A DNA stretch of 64,000 bases from Lingula anatina (taxonomy: Eukaryota; Animalia; Brachiopoda), in the NCBI GenBank assembly GCA_051362555.1, contig CM120640.1:42386788-42450787 (forward strand), written 5' to 3'. The stretch's first letter is position 1. Every line of letters starts with the position of its first letter. A program made the position numbers and the translations under genes. The notes under the pieces are model-generated. The model was not told the DNA's origin. It saw nothing but the letters and a program-made list of their open reading frames with translations, and searched no databases. Below are positions 25,614 to 39,500 of this stretch, one piece after another.

Positions 25614-27473
25614 TCACTGCAGTACACAACCACAAGGGCAACCCTCGCTCCGAGACAAAGACGATAAATGTCTGTGGCGTGTGATTTTCCGCCGTGCAGG
25701 CTGTGCATGCTCAGCCTGCTGCTGTGCAACAACCACAACTTGCTCCGGCCCTGCACTGTGATTTGAAGCACCTATGTTACTTTTACCGTTGTCTGTATTG
25801 TGCTTGCCAACGTTATCCACAGTAACAGGTGTTTTAATTGGCACTAAATCATCAGTGCCATTCTGGGGTACAACAACATCACTTTTTGGGTCTTCCTCCC
25901 CCCCAAGTGACTGGTCATCACTGATCTGGACAGTGCACTGACCATTAGTGGGAGGGGGTAAAGAGGGTGTCTGACCTGAGGCTATTTGACTTTGACCAAC
26001 ACCGCCACCATCATCCCTGGTCTTCTCTTCGCTGTGGTCATCTTCTAGATCCAGTTCCACTTCAGTTAAACTGTCCTCCTCCTCTAACTGACTTTCACTT
26101 AACTCGTCCTCCGAGGATGAACTGTGGTGCCTGTTGCGTCGCACGCTGCTATACCCAGGGTGCGTTTTCCAATATGACAGAACGCCTGCCTCTTTCATCA
26201 CATCACGTGCAATGTCATGAAAAGATCGCCCATTCATGCCCTCACTGTCTCCCTTACGTTTAAAACTTTGCCGTGTTATGGGGTGCAGAGTCTGTTCTTT
26301 TTCAAATGTGGCATAGTCATGGATGTTGATTTCATCCAGTTTTTCCGGTTCCACCTCCTCGCCGTTGATGGAGAGGATCTTGCGTAGGGGGATGTGAGGA
26401 CTAGGCTGAGGCTCGGGTACCAGCTCTGGCATCTTCCCAGCATTGTGTTTCATGTTGAAATACAGGTAGATTGGCTGCAAAATAGAAGAGAAACAGTTTT
26501 TAAGTATGAACAAGTATTTATGTTTAATGATTATGCAACTTTGACTGCTGTTGATTTTCTCATAGGTCATGTTTATATTAGAACTTTTTTGCACTGAAAA
26601 TTGGTCAGACTTGCATAATCAGACAACTAGTTCACACAGAGATCCCCCTGAACCTTTGTAATCTAGTTGTCAGATGATTATCTGCAATATTTCTAATGGT
26701 GTAAACACACAGAGCTACAGAGGTAAAAGTTTCATTTAAACTAAGGAGATTAAATAGTGATGTAGCTCACTATCTAAACTCTTCTTTACAGTGGAACTGC
26801 ACAAAGTTCAAAATTCTATGTATATCACAATAATGTGCTAATATGTATGCCATGTTTTGCCCCATCTTACCTTGTGGTCTCCCATGCATACTTCCTTGCC
26901 TATGCACAAATACAGGGGTGGACCACTAGAATCCTAAAACAAAGGGAAAATAAAGAATATTATATTAGGAAAAGACAGATTAATCAAATATGAAAATTTT
27001 CCATTTTACCAATAAAGTAATATTAAGAAACTAATACCATACCGTTTACATATATTTAAAAAAACTAAAACTTGGATGTATATACAGGCTTTAACATTCA
27101 CAATAACTTAAACTATGGGTTCAAAACACCAAGCAGAAAGCCTCTCTACATACATCTATAATGCTTTTGGCACTGTAGCTGACAAATATCCTGTCACACC
27201 ATCCTGGGCACCTGGTCTTCATGTAGTTCACACCATCATCCAAACTCTCACTGAACGGATAGCTGAAAACAAATAAATTAGCTAAGGATATAGTACTATC
27301 AATATTTGAGAGTTTTCAGACAAAGGATGAGTGCGAATAACCATTGGCAAAGTGCCCATCCTCAAATTTTTTTAATAATTTGCTATTATAAAGTTTAGGC
27401 ATATATTTGTTGCATGGAAAAATATTATTTGGTTTGAGGCATTATAACTTAGTATTTTTAATGAATTATATGT

Positions 27474-27505
<32 letters not shown>

Positions 27506-30500
27506 GCCGGATTTACCTGTTGTATGCAATCTAATGAATCAGAGCAACTAGGTTTAAGCAATTATATTACATAAACGATTTTTTCTAATGAAACTTGTCT
27601 TGTGATGTGAAAAAGAGTTATATGTTAAATAATTGTGGTGTGGCACAAGTAAATGGGAAAGTAATTATTGTTTTTTTTTATCCTAGAGAAGAGAGGGAGG
27701 GGTGGTATATTACGGTATTTTCTCACAGAAGCCATCACTTATTTCACCTAGCTGTATAAAAGACTTGTTACTAAAAAAAACTTGTTTCAGCGTATTTATT
27801 ATTTTTATATATTTTTTCTCACATACCAAAACTGTACCAAAATAATGTAAGGTAGAACTAAAAACTAAATGAAAATATAGTACACATAATAACAGTTATG
27901 GCCAATAATCTGTATGACAATGAAATCAAATCACCTAAAAAGTACTTCATATATGATTATGTATGTGATAAAGAGCTTGTATAGAATGCAATGCAAGAGT
28001 TATTTTATATAAAATATACAAATATGAGTATAAAAATGTATAATGAAACAATAAATAATCCATCAGATGTGCTGTCCGAAACACTTTTTGTCTCGCTAAT
28101 ACTGTAACCACTTGATGTTGGTAAATGTGAGGCATCCAAACAGCCTTCTCCACAACATTATTTTCAATTGTATCCCTGCCTCATGGCAAACCCCATATAC
28201 CACAGGACTGAAGTGATATGTGCACAACTTCCAACTGTCTTAGAACCAGCTTTACACTGTCAGTACCAGCTACTGATGGGTCTACTTTTGCTATGGGAGG
28301 TCTGAATCCATAATGTGTACTGGTGGCTAGATGTGTGTCTTAATTAACTATTTTGGCTCTGATTAAATCGGGTGCATCCTTGCATACACTGATTTCAAAC
28401 TGGCCATCTAGCAGATGCTCATCACTATATTGGCTAGCTTGCTTTATATGGTAAACTTCTGGTGTTTGTTATAGGCTGGTGGTCTCTTGTATGGAATATT
28501 TACCAAGTCAATAGGTTTCACTGATTTCCTTGACAAATAAAGTCATTCATAGTATTTTGGTGAAAAAAGGAGAAAAAAAACTCTGCAAAGCTACTATGAA
28601 TAGTGCTGGTGTGGAAGATTAGGTCATAAGTAACAAAACTAGGGTGTGTGATAGTCCTTTTATTTTACTATTTATGCAAAATAGACATAAATGGGGACAT
28701 TTACACAATAATTTTGGTTGTACAAAATGTACTTTCATGCCCATTAGAGGGGGTTGGGTCAAGCCAGCCTTATGTGTAGAGGTCTATTTCAGCATGGGTC
28801 TCTATATAAAGTAGGAACCACCACAATGTACATCTGCTATTATGATAATTAATATAACTTTGAATATCTGAAGCACATTTTACATTAAATCTTTCTTAAT
28901 CCTAAGAAATAAGAATGAAAGTAAGATATACTTACTGTATTTGGACTCTTTATTTCCTATCCATATTCCCCCCCCCCCCCTTTTTTTGATAGCATGTATT
29001 ACATGAAAATGACTTTTCTTTTTTTTTTATTGTTAATGAAAATATTTTACTGACTCTAATCCCTATTTTCCTTTCAAAGACCTACATTTTATTTTGGGTT
29101 GTTCTTGTTGTACAAAAGTTTCCCTGTATCTACCCTTCCTTCCTATGTAAGCATGTAGCAGCTACCTCATGGCAGGAATAAACATGGCCGCCTGCTAGCA
29201 TATGGACTGAAAATGTCCCTATTTTGTTTGAGTACATATCGAGCCCAACCCTCAGACAAGCTGATTTTCACATATATCTCACCTTATATTCATGTCTTTT
29301 CAACCGTGAATAATTAGCTTGTCTGAGGCAGGGGCTCATATAAAAAATGAACATCTTTTACCCTCAAGTCACTGTAAGATTCTTCTTTCAATCAGCACTA
29401 CATGTACAAATAAAGTAATCAAAATATTGATCACAAACAATGATTGGCCACATATTGCCTTACTTTTTTACATGGGCACCTTCTGTACCCAATTACAAAA
29501 TATCACAGTTGTCACCTTACTATAACTAAAGATATGTAGCATTGCAATTCAGCCCCCCCTAAAACACACATTTTCATGAATATTTGACAAGGTCATTTTG
29601 ACATTAATTTTCTATATTTCAAATTCAATAAAAAAATTTTTTTTAAGTGGATCATAAAAGTGTAAGACCCCAACTTTAATTTGGCATCATTTTTTTTCCA
29701 TTCATTCACAATTTATTTTTCATGTACAAAAGTGGGCACTTTTACCCCCTTATTCGCACTCATCCTTCATCATTAAAATAGTTTAATATTTTGATAGAAA
29801 CTTCATCTTTAAGTTTTCCCAAATAATGTTCTACAATTAATCATGGTATAACACAATTATCTGATCCAAACAATGTACTCAGGCCTGTAGCCAGGGGGGT
29901 TCGAAAGAATCGCCCTTTTTGCTGGAAAAAGGTCCACTCTGGGTAAAATTTGATCTAGGTACATGAAGTTTTTATAGAAAAAGGTCCACTTTTTCAGAAA
30001 AAGAACCCCTCTTTTGAAATTGCTGGCTACGGGCCTGGCACTATCAGCTGGCACAAACATATGTTATGTTCAAGAAACATTCACTTCATATGTTGATAAA
30101 ATGGTGAACTTCAAAATCACTACATCAGTTAACCATTCCCCTTTCAGTGCAAACTCAAGAGGATTGACAAAATGATAATGGCAAAAGTCATTTTAGACAT
30201 TAATTTGCTGTAGTATCTGAAATCTTATGTGTGGCAAAAATATATTGTTGTTCATTGACAGGCGTTCATAACAGGTGTGTAAAATGATAACAAAGTTACA
30301 GTTTGCTTCATTATTGATTTTACCATCTCCACTATAAACGTTTCACCATTAAGATATCCCCTGGGAAATATAACAGCATAAAACACTCTAAATAATTACC
30401 AAAATGCATGTGTGATAAGTTATCAAACACTCTATTTATAGCGAATGTGGGCAGGACTTGTGTGTGAAAAGAAACACTATTAATAAATTTCCTCATATCC

Positions 30501-33500
30501 TCCTTTGACAAGAGTATTATTTCCACTACTTCAAAAGACAACAGGCCTTTGAAATAAAGCACATACTATCTCACAACAAAACAGAAAGATTCAAAGAAAG
30601 CTCTCACAACAAAATAGAAAGATCCAAAGAAAACTATCACTTTAAGACCAGACAAATTTGAGAAATTGGTTAACAAAAAGTGTCTATTGGTAAAAAAAAA
30701 GGATCAGTAGAGAAACGGATTAGTAGAGAAAATTTAATTTTTGTAGTACATACATGTTTCATAGATTTAACAGCCCTGTAAAAAATACCCACTTAACAAA
30801 CCAATGCCCAATGCTTTTTTTAGTTGCAGAAATATATAAGTGTAATGTGTAAGAATTCTGATTTATCACAACAAAATTAGGGTTGGCTGTACTGGTTAAC
30901 CAACATGGCAGTTTTGTCTGGCCTAACTGAGGAGGATACAATATTTCATTTTTTAGGTTCATCAGGTGCAGTGATCACTCACCTTGGTGGGAAGTTGATG
31001 TCATGTTCATATACCCTGTCTCTGAATGGTTCAATTTCTTTATCATATGGAAGTAACTAGTGAAGACAATGAAGGTAAACAATATGTAAGTCACACAATG
31101 TGGTCAGAAGCTTGAAATAAGACACATTTTTAAACAGGACTCCATGCCATTAAATCTACATCAGATGTGCTTAATAAAAAATAAAAATAAACTAGAGGAT
31201 CAGAGAGGCGATACCGCCTCTGGATATTGTACCACCAGCTGGAGTAAGCGCATTCGTATGCCCCCCCCCCCCCCCCCCACCAAAAAAAAAAAAAAAAGAA
31301 AAATTGGACACCACCACCAGTCTTGTGCTTGACAAGCTCTATAAAATGCAATAAACAAGAGTTCTGAAAATATGCAAAAAAAAAAAAAAAAAAAAAATCA
31401 AAAAAACATAACAGTTAAAATGGTCCAATCAAGGAGATGTTCAAATTGACCTGTATTTTCCTAACACTGATCACTCCTGTGATTTTCTAGACAATAGGCC
31501 TATTGGTTTTCCTTGAAATGCATTATCAGTATTGCTTATACCGGTATGCTGACAAAAGAGAAAACCTAGGGACAACACTGGGCAGATCTCTGCTAGTTTT
31601 GAAGATATGAAGGGAAAGAAAATATGCAGAGTTCAGTTTGTGATAAAAAGTAGGTCAAAGGTCAATTTCAAGGTCACAGTATATGACTTCCTATATAAGT
31701 TCAATAGTAGCTATGGGCATTTCTTTGCCAATGTTGGAGATATGAAGGCCAGGAAACAAGTAAAGTGCAGTTCATCATAAATAGTAGGTCAAAGGTCAAT
31801 TTCAAGGTCACAGTAAGATTGCCAGTATATGACTTCCTATTCAAGTTCAATAGTAACTTTGGACCTATCTCTGCCAGTTTTCGAGATATAAGGGATAAAA
31901 AAATTTGCAAAGTTCAGCTTATGTTGAAAAGTAGGTCAAATGTCAATTTCAAGGTCACAATAAGAATGCCAGTATATGACTTCCTATTCAAGTTTAATAG
32001 TAACTATGGGTGTATCTCTGCCAGTTTTGGAGATATAAGGGATGTAAAATTTGCAAAGTTCAGTTCATGGTGAAAAGTAGGTCAAAGGTCAATTTAAAGG
32101 TCACAGTTAGATTACTTGTATATAACTTCCTATTCAAGTTCAATAGTAACTATGGGCGTATCTTTGCCAGTTTTGGAGATATAAAGATCAGAAAACTTCA
32201 AAGTGCAGTTCATCATGAAAAGTAGGTCAAAGGTCAATTTCAAGGTCACAGTTAGATTACCAGTATATGACTTCCTATTCAAGTTCAATAGTAACTATGG
32301 GCATATCTCTGGTAATTTTGGAATATTTAACATTTTCCCCACTGAATATTGCGATGTTGTAATTTTTGATATAGCGCAATGCCTAAACCATATCTAAAAA
32401 AAATGGACACCACCTCCAGTATTGCACTTGACAAGTTTTACAAAATGCAAGGAACAAAAGGTCTGTGGCATTTACCATTCCAGAATAAAAGCAAGTTTTC
32501 GGTTTCGGTATCTAATGGCTGCTTCTCCCGTGAAAATGCACCGATTGACCCCAAACTCCCAAAGATGAAAGGAGTCCCCAATTGTAACCCCTCACTATAA
32601 CAGGAGAGCTTAGATCTGTGTAGTTTCCAAAAAATAGCACAAACAAATATTTTTTTGCAGAAAATTCCCATTTTTAGAAAATTTTGGCTTGTTTGACCTT
32701 GAAAAAAAGGTCAAAAGTCAAATCGCAGGGCATATTTGGAATCTCCAGATATGACTTTCGGTCAGGCTTCTGTGGTAATTTTTCCCATAATTCCTTTGGT
32801 TTGGGAGATATTTAGCCTTGAATTTTCAAAAATTTTGACAAGGGTGCGTTTCAACAAGTGTCACGCCCAGGCCAATGCACCGACAGAGACAAAAAAACCA
32901 GGGTGTTCAAGTTGAGATCATATGTGACCTAAATCCAAGAGATGGGGACACAGGTCCTGGCGGTCTAGGAGGAGAAGCGGTAACGGTGACTTGTTTCCGG
33001 CGCCCGACTGCGGAGCCGCAGGAGCCGGCGGAGCTGTACGAGACGGGTCGGGACTAAAACCATGAGTACCGCCAGCGTATACGCTGGTGGTACTAATAAA
33101 TAAATGCTGAATACTGTTGCCACAAAAAAAAGGTAAGGAGAAAATCCCACACTTTAATTTTGGCAGCTATGGAAATTAATTTGGGTGGTTTACATGGAAT
33201 GGGCCCACTGGTACATTTCATTAACAGAAAAGTATTGATCCAAGTATTATCATCAGTCACTTTCATAATATATACATGTGCATGTCTGAAAACCTACTGA
33301 TAATCCATTATTATCATAGAATATTTCTTTCATCTGCAAGTGGTCAAAACCCTTCTTCTCCACCACTAACACAATTTTCTGGTCATTGTCTGCCTCTTTA
33401 TATGTTAGTTTCACTAGCTCATTATTCTTCTTACTCCGGCTTTCTACTGCCACAAGGTTTTTGGTTAGGTCCTGGAATGAATAATATGTTATAAGCTTAG

Positions 33501-36500
33501 ACAAATACATATATCACTGTAAGTACATAAAATATTAACAGGACTTAAATGAAGAGTATACATGAAGTGCTGGTAATTCAATGTGGCATACTAAGTTCAC
33601 TAACCAGGAGACGATGTCCTGTAGTGATGACATGTTTATTGAAATCTTTTATTATTATTTAACTAAAGTCTTCTATATATATTCTTTGGTGTTATGTCGT
33701 CTCCGGAGTTGACAGAGAAGAATTAGTCATATCAACAGAGAAAGACAAACTTGTTTTTTTATTTACTTTCCCAACTGTTCTTCATTAGCACAAAAAAAAA
33801 AAAAAAAAAAAAAAACTGACCACAGTTTACCTTCATGAAATAATATGTGTCTAATCTGAAGTTAAAGTCTCCAAACAGGAAGAATGGCACCTTTTCATAC
33901 TCATCATTTTCAATCCTGGAAGAAAAGAACAATCTAACTTTTTCCTGTAATATTTACAAATCATTCAGTTCCCTAGCTTTGAAATAAGCACTGTATCTTG
34001 GATACATGTGGCTGAGTATTTTGCAACTATTTCTTTAGTTTGGATTGCAAATATTGACTGATAATGTTGCAGTATAACTGGTTTCTGGGACAAGTATATC
34101 ATCTTTAAAATAACAATTTAGACTATACTAGGGTACCAAAATAATACACAACACAATGTCCTTAATCGGAATAAAACACTGACTTAAGTTGCATATAGAA
34201 CAGATGATCCACAAATTAACTAACTGATCCGCCGATTAAATATGGCTGACCCCACTTAAAAAGCTAGCCTTCTAATTACTTGATGGTTTCCCTGCCTCCA
34301 CACACGCCATTAAACAGATTAAAACTCGACTCCGAGGTTTAACTGCTTGGCCCCTGCAGTGACGGCACACGTGGAGGCAAAGAAACCATAAGGAGATCAG
34401 TTGGCACAGTTTTAAGTGGTTTGGCCATATTTAGTCTGCAGATCTGTTAGTATGCAGATCAGCTTGTTCTGAATGCCATCTTAGTCTGTCATTGTAAATC
34501 TTAGCAAAATATTAACATCCTAATTGCAAAATACTTCATCATTTTAAGCTAAGTTCATCTCTAATGTAGTTCAAGATTTGGAACTGAGTAACACTGTCTA
34601 TCTAAAAAATATCTTCATCCTAGAGTAAGCCCAGAAAAAAAAAAGTTTATTACCGTTCAAATGTGTGTTGTAATGCTCTCTGGCGGTGCTCACAATATGT
34701 GGAAGGACTCTTAAAATATAAAATGTCAAATTTACTTCTTTATGTAAAATTTCATTACCTATTTGGACAATAATTGTAAGTTAAGACCTTAATACAAATA
34801 GTGTACACACATACACACACACTGCAAAGTTCTTCATAAAGAAATGTTAAGTATGTAGCAAGTGATAAAAATCAATCTCTAATACCTGAGGTGTACAAAC
34901 ATCTGAAATTCTGCCACAAATTTAGTGCTATATATTGCTGATATCTTATGAGACTGAAAACAAATATTTCCAGTGACAGAAGCCATATAAATTCTGAGAA
35001 CCTAATTAACCCCCAGTTAGTCCCCTGCTATTTTCATCCTATTCATCAATCATATACTAGAAGACTGCATGATGGAATTTAATCACTCCCTGAGCCATTA
35101 ACTACATGAACTGCACCTACATAAATAACTAAGGAGATAATGGTTGTAGGAGTCTAATCAAACCACTAGGCTACAGAGTCAATTACTGGACATAATTTGT
35201 AATTAGTGATCTCTTATTTGGATGATCATCCAGGATGAGCTGATGATGCTGTATAAGCCTAACTGAGAGCTATGCTACCTGCATGTCGTCTAGGATCTGC
35301 TGGTAGATAATGATCATATACACACGGATCTATACTTTATATTGTATTTCACCCATGTCATAGAAAATGACAAAGAGTGCATTGTGCACGGCAAAAATTA
35401 GTCTTTGATAATGGATATTTCTGGAATCATTCAAAGTTGAAGGTTTTAATCTGTCACTATTCAATTGGCATCCATTGGTGTTTGTTGCCTGAAGGTTGTA
35501 TGTCATTCATAGTAATATCCTTGAACTCCAGTTAACACAAGATACTGTACGTAATGAGGTGATATTTCTGTCTCTTTAATACCTCCCAATTGTTTCCATA
35601 TTTTAATTAAGTCTATTTCTGATTATTTAGTGGCTTTGTTAATATCATACAACCTTCTTCAAGCCTAATAACAGAAAGACAACTTTGTCATCAGGAACTG
35701 TGTTCACCTTTATATGGTTTAGTTCTAAACAAAAACACAATTCTATATATTATATTTAAAAAATTTCTTATTTATTTTTCAAAAATCACTGCATAATTAG
35801 TATAAGCGTGATTTCTCACCTGCAGCATGGCCTCAATATTGTTTGCATCATGAAATAAATGAATGTTGATCAAATCAAAGATACTGAAAAAGAAAATACA
35901 TAAATACCATTTGTGCATTGAAAAAAGCCATTTTAAAGAAACATTCAGTAAACTTAATATGTTGAAGACTAACAAAGTCAAGAATTTACAATTCATCACA
36001 GGCACATGCCTCAAGGATATATAATTAAATCACTACAGATGAAAAGTTCTGAAAATTTGCTTTCAAATTTTATGTCTATTCAATTACCATACCTGCCACA
36101 AATATTCCACCTTGTTCTGATAAATCCCTTTCTAGACCAACGACACTGAAATTCAATGACAAATACTCACAGGTTATTGACACTAATAAATGTCTACTGA
36201 TGCCAATCTGGTCATTTATTTTATTTTTTATGTGACTAGGTGAGAGATGGTTAACAACCTTTTTTGCATTTCTGTTTTGTGTGTGTGTGTGCGAGTGAGT
36301 GTGTGTGTTTGTGTGTGGATAGGGAGAAAAAGATAAGATACCTCTGGAAAATAATTTTGAGGAAACTTGGCCTTTTCTTTAATGGGAACACTTTCAATGT
36401 TGCCAGAAAGAACCTGAAATGAAAAAAAAAACTTTTCATGTTTAAACCTGTTAGAAATTGAAAAGAAATTTCATCATAAATCAAATATCATATTTAATAT

Positions 36501-39500
36501 CCATAAAGCCCTAAACAAAATAAGTACCTTAAAAATGTAATGGGAAGAATAATAAAAAATCAATCATACTTACCTCCCTTCCTACAAAGGGAACAAATTT
36601 CTTGGCTGAAATTAAAGCAAGCATTAAATCTGATTACACAATTCTACCTTCAGCAATTGATTACCAATGTTGTTGTTCCAAATATATCTGAAAATATGAG
36701 ACTGTATGCTTTGTTTTACAATGGTACTGTAAGATTTCTCTTGAAAACAATTAAAACAACCTATACAAATTTATACATATTTAAAGAAAATGCCCAAGAA
36801 AATAAAACAAAGACAAAAGACAAATAAGACAACAAGGAATCCAGGAAAAATGTTAATTTTGTCACAACATTCTAACAGAAAACAAAATGAAATTTTATCC
36901 AATTTGGTCAGCTTGCAATACCCCCCTCCCATTTCACCACACCTTTATCTGTGCCATTCTCTGTCAGATCACTTGTAACACAAATACTTGATAAAAACGT
37001 TCACATCACAACAATTACTAAGGACCTATCACAAAAAAGTGATAAGTGGAGAATTTCAAGGTAACTGTGACCTGGATATCGGTGGATCAATTCTGAGAGT
37101 ATTATCAAGAGTCTTCCTAAGGATATGCTTATACCATAACACTTATGCTATTGTTTTTCACCTTTTTTTTAAAGGTTTACACAACTTGTAGCTGTCACAT
37201 TGACTGAATGAAGCTATATATTACCCATACTTTCATCCAAATAAAATCATAGCTATATAATAAAATCAACTTGTGCAGCCTCCACAGGAGCAGGCCTGGT
37301 TATTAAGCATATGCCCCCACACACTTGAGGTTCACATTTCATCTGCTGCTGTGGCTGAAATTGCCGTTTGCAACACAACCACTCCCTCTACAGCTTATCA
37401 ATAGATCGGGTCTGTTTTCCCTGAGAAGGGATTAAGAGCGCGTCCATGAGAAAGCCAGACAGATCAGTCAGAAGGTGGCAAGGTGGGGGTCAGCAGATTT
37501 TAATAATTTTTGGTGTGGTAAACCATCAACATAAAAGATATTGTGAGCCACTGGCTTTCTTATTTTGGATCATTAGTTTTAGAGATATGGGGGCAGATCT
37601 TTTATTGGCAATTTTGCCAAAATATAGCACTTTTTAGCTCTTGAAAAGTTATAATTTTAAATATTCTTTTAAAAAATCATGTACAGCATAAGGAATTATT
37701 AAGGTAAGCCACATGATAGGTTAAGGAAAGACCTTTAATACCCAGTACAGATTTTTTGAAAAGGCACTGTCATGACCACACAAGGTTGATTCTAATAAGG
37801 CATGTTTTCCGTATGCTTGACCCCCTCCCCTTCTTTAAATGCACACAACTTCTTTTTTGCAGGTTTTATCCATATAATTTTGGTATGTGCTGATAGAAAA
37901 GGGTTGAAAAATAAATTTTGTAAAATAAAATCTGTGTTAAACCTTGTAAAATAAGAACTACAACAATTTTAAAAAGGGCCTAAAAACGAATATTTTCATA
38001 CTACTTTCAATGCTAAACTGTTTCTTCAACTAAATAAATAAGTCAAAACCATGTATAGGTTTGTGAAAAGCCCTTAAAATAATTATGTTTGCCCTGCAGA
38101 CGAACTTATGAAGCGAAAATGCATTTTTTAAATTTGTTTATGTTGTAGAAACTAAATGTAAAATAACGATGCTAACTCTGTGACCTATTTTCAACATGGC
38201 GGGTGCTAGGATTATCACCGGAGCAGCTGTGGAGCAAAGCACATCGTCTTCACAGTGTTAAAACATAATACTTTCTTAAATTTATGAAGAACACGCACTA
38301 GAGATGCTTAAGTACATCTCAGAAGGATTGGTGTGCACCAGAATATAACAAGAAATGACCATAGCAGCTGGTCGTCCTTAGAATGTGCATTTTTTGGTTG
38401 AACCACTTCAGACTGTTGTCAGGCTTGGGTTCCTCAATATATCCATCTCATCGATTTAGCTCTGGATATTTGTTGTAAGGTAAGTGATCAGTGGTGGCAT
38501 ACATATACTAGAATCAGATACACTAAAAACTCAAACCAGTTTAAATAATACGTTTGAATATTATTCAGTAATATAAAGAATATAAGCAAATTTTAAAGAC
38601 ATACTGGTATATTTCAATTCACAGAGTTTTACTTGATTTGTGTTTCATGGTAAACATGTATGCTGAAAAGAATTAACTGTGTATCTAACTTATGAAGTAT
38701 ATTTTTGCATTAAATTCTAGGGCTTTGTTACATGTGTTATCATAACACAAACAGTTAAGGACTATGCTGAGCTTGAAGACAGCTTCATAAGAAATTTCTT
38801 ACCCAGAATCAAAGGTATGTAACACACATTCAGTTTCAAGTTTTGGCATTTTAGGGGATGTTACTTGTGCCAGTTTTTTACATTTTAGTTTTATATTCAC
38901 TTTGCAGATTTGTGTGTTTACAATGAAGTTGAAGTTAACCGCCTGTGCTTCAATTTTCAAGACTTACATATATTACACAGGACACTTGTAACTAAAGGTA
39001 CTTATGTAAAATCAGGAAAACTTTGCGGTCCATTATGTTGTTCATGTTGCTTTGCAAGGGGGCGTGCCAGACAATTAAGCTGATTACAACGACTGAGCCC
39101 GAGTGTGATACTCCGCTGAGATAGATTGATCCTGCTCTATAGTTTCTATTCTGAACACAGTAAGCCTCTGTTGTTGTAAAGCATTTATTGATGTTATGTT
39201 TATTTTTCAGAATTTACATCCTAGGCCTGTATGTGAACCTTGACCTGGACAATCTTACAGACAATAATAGAAAAGTCACCTGAAATTGCACAGGCAAATT
39301 CATCAGATTCAGATGTGAGCACCAACTTTGTAATGCCTGGAACACTTCCACGGAGAAGAAAAAAGGTTTACCTTTTTTTCATTTGTTTCTTTTTATATCA
39401 TGAAATTCTGGTAGCTACAGTCATGCATATTTGATTTTTTTTTTTTTACATTTATGCAATATGTTTGATCAGAATATTATTTAGTAATTGTTCTTATACA

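Noticed and set aside
28260-28262. In-frame TGA at a Cys position of the SWIM motif: possible selenocysteine
   Set aside because: It lies in a frameshifted transposon relic with no SECIS seen. Simple decay explains it.
31701-32397. Repetitive ORFs (KSRSKVNFKVTVRLPVYDFLFKFNSN) and CRISPR-like periodicity
   Set aside because: Translations of the ~146-bp tandem repeat. Whole units repeat with no unique spacers, in a eukaryotic intron.
35221-35720. Acceptor-like site and coding-like composition in INPP5A intron 9
   Set aside because: All frames hit stops quickly and no family was recognised.
36146-36341. INPP5A intron starting GTATCTT, resembling a U12 donor
   Set aside because: Lacks the GTATCCTT consensus and a CCTTAAC-like branch site. 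An ordinary U2 intron.
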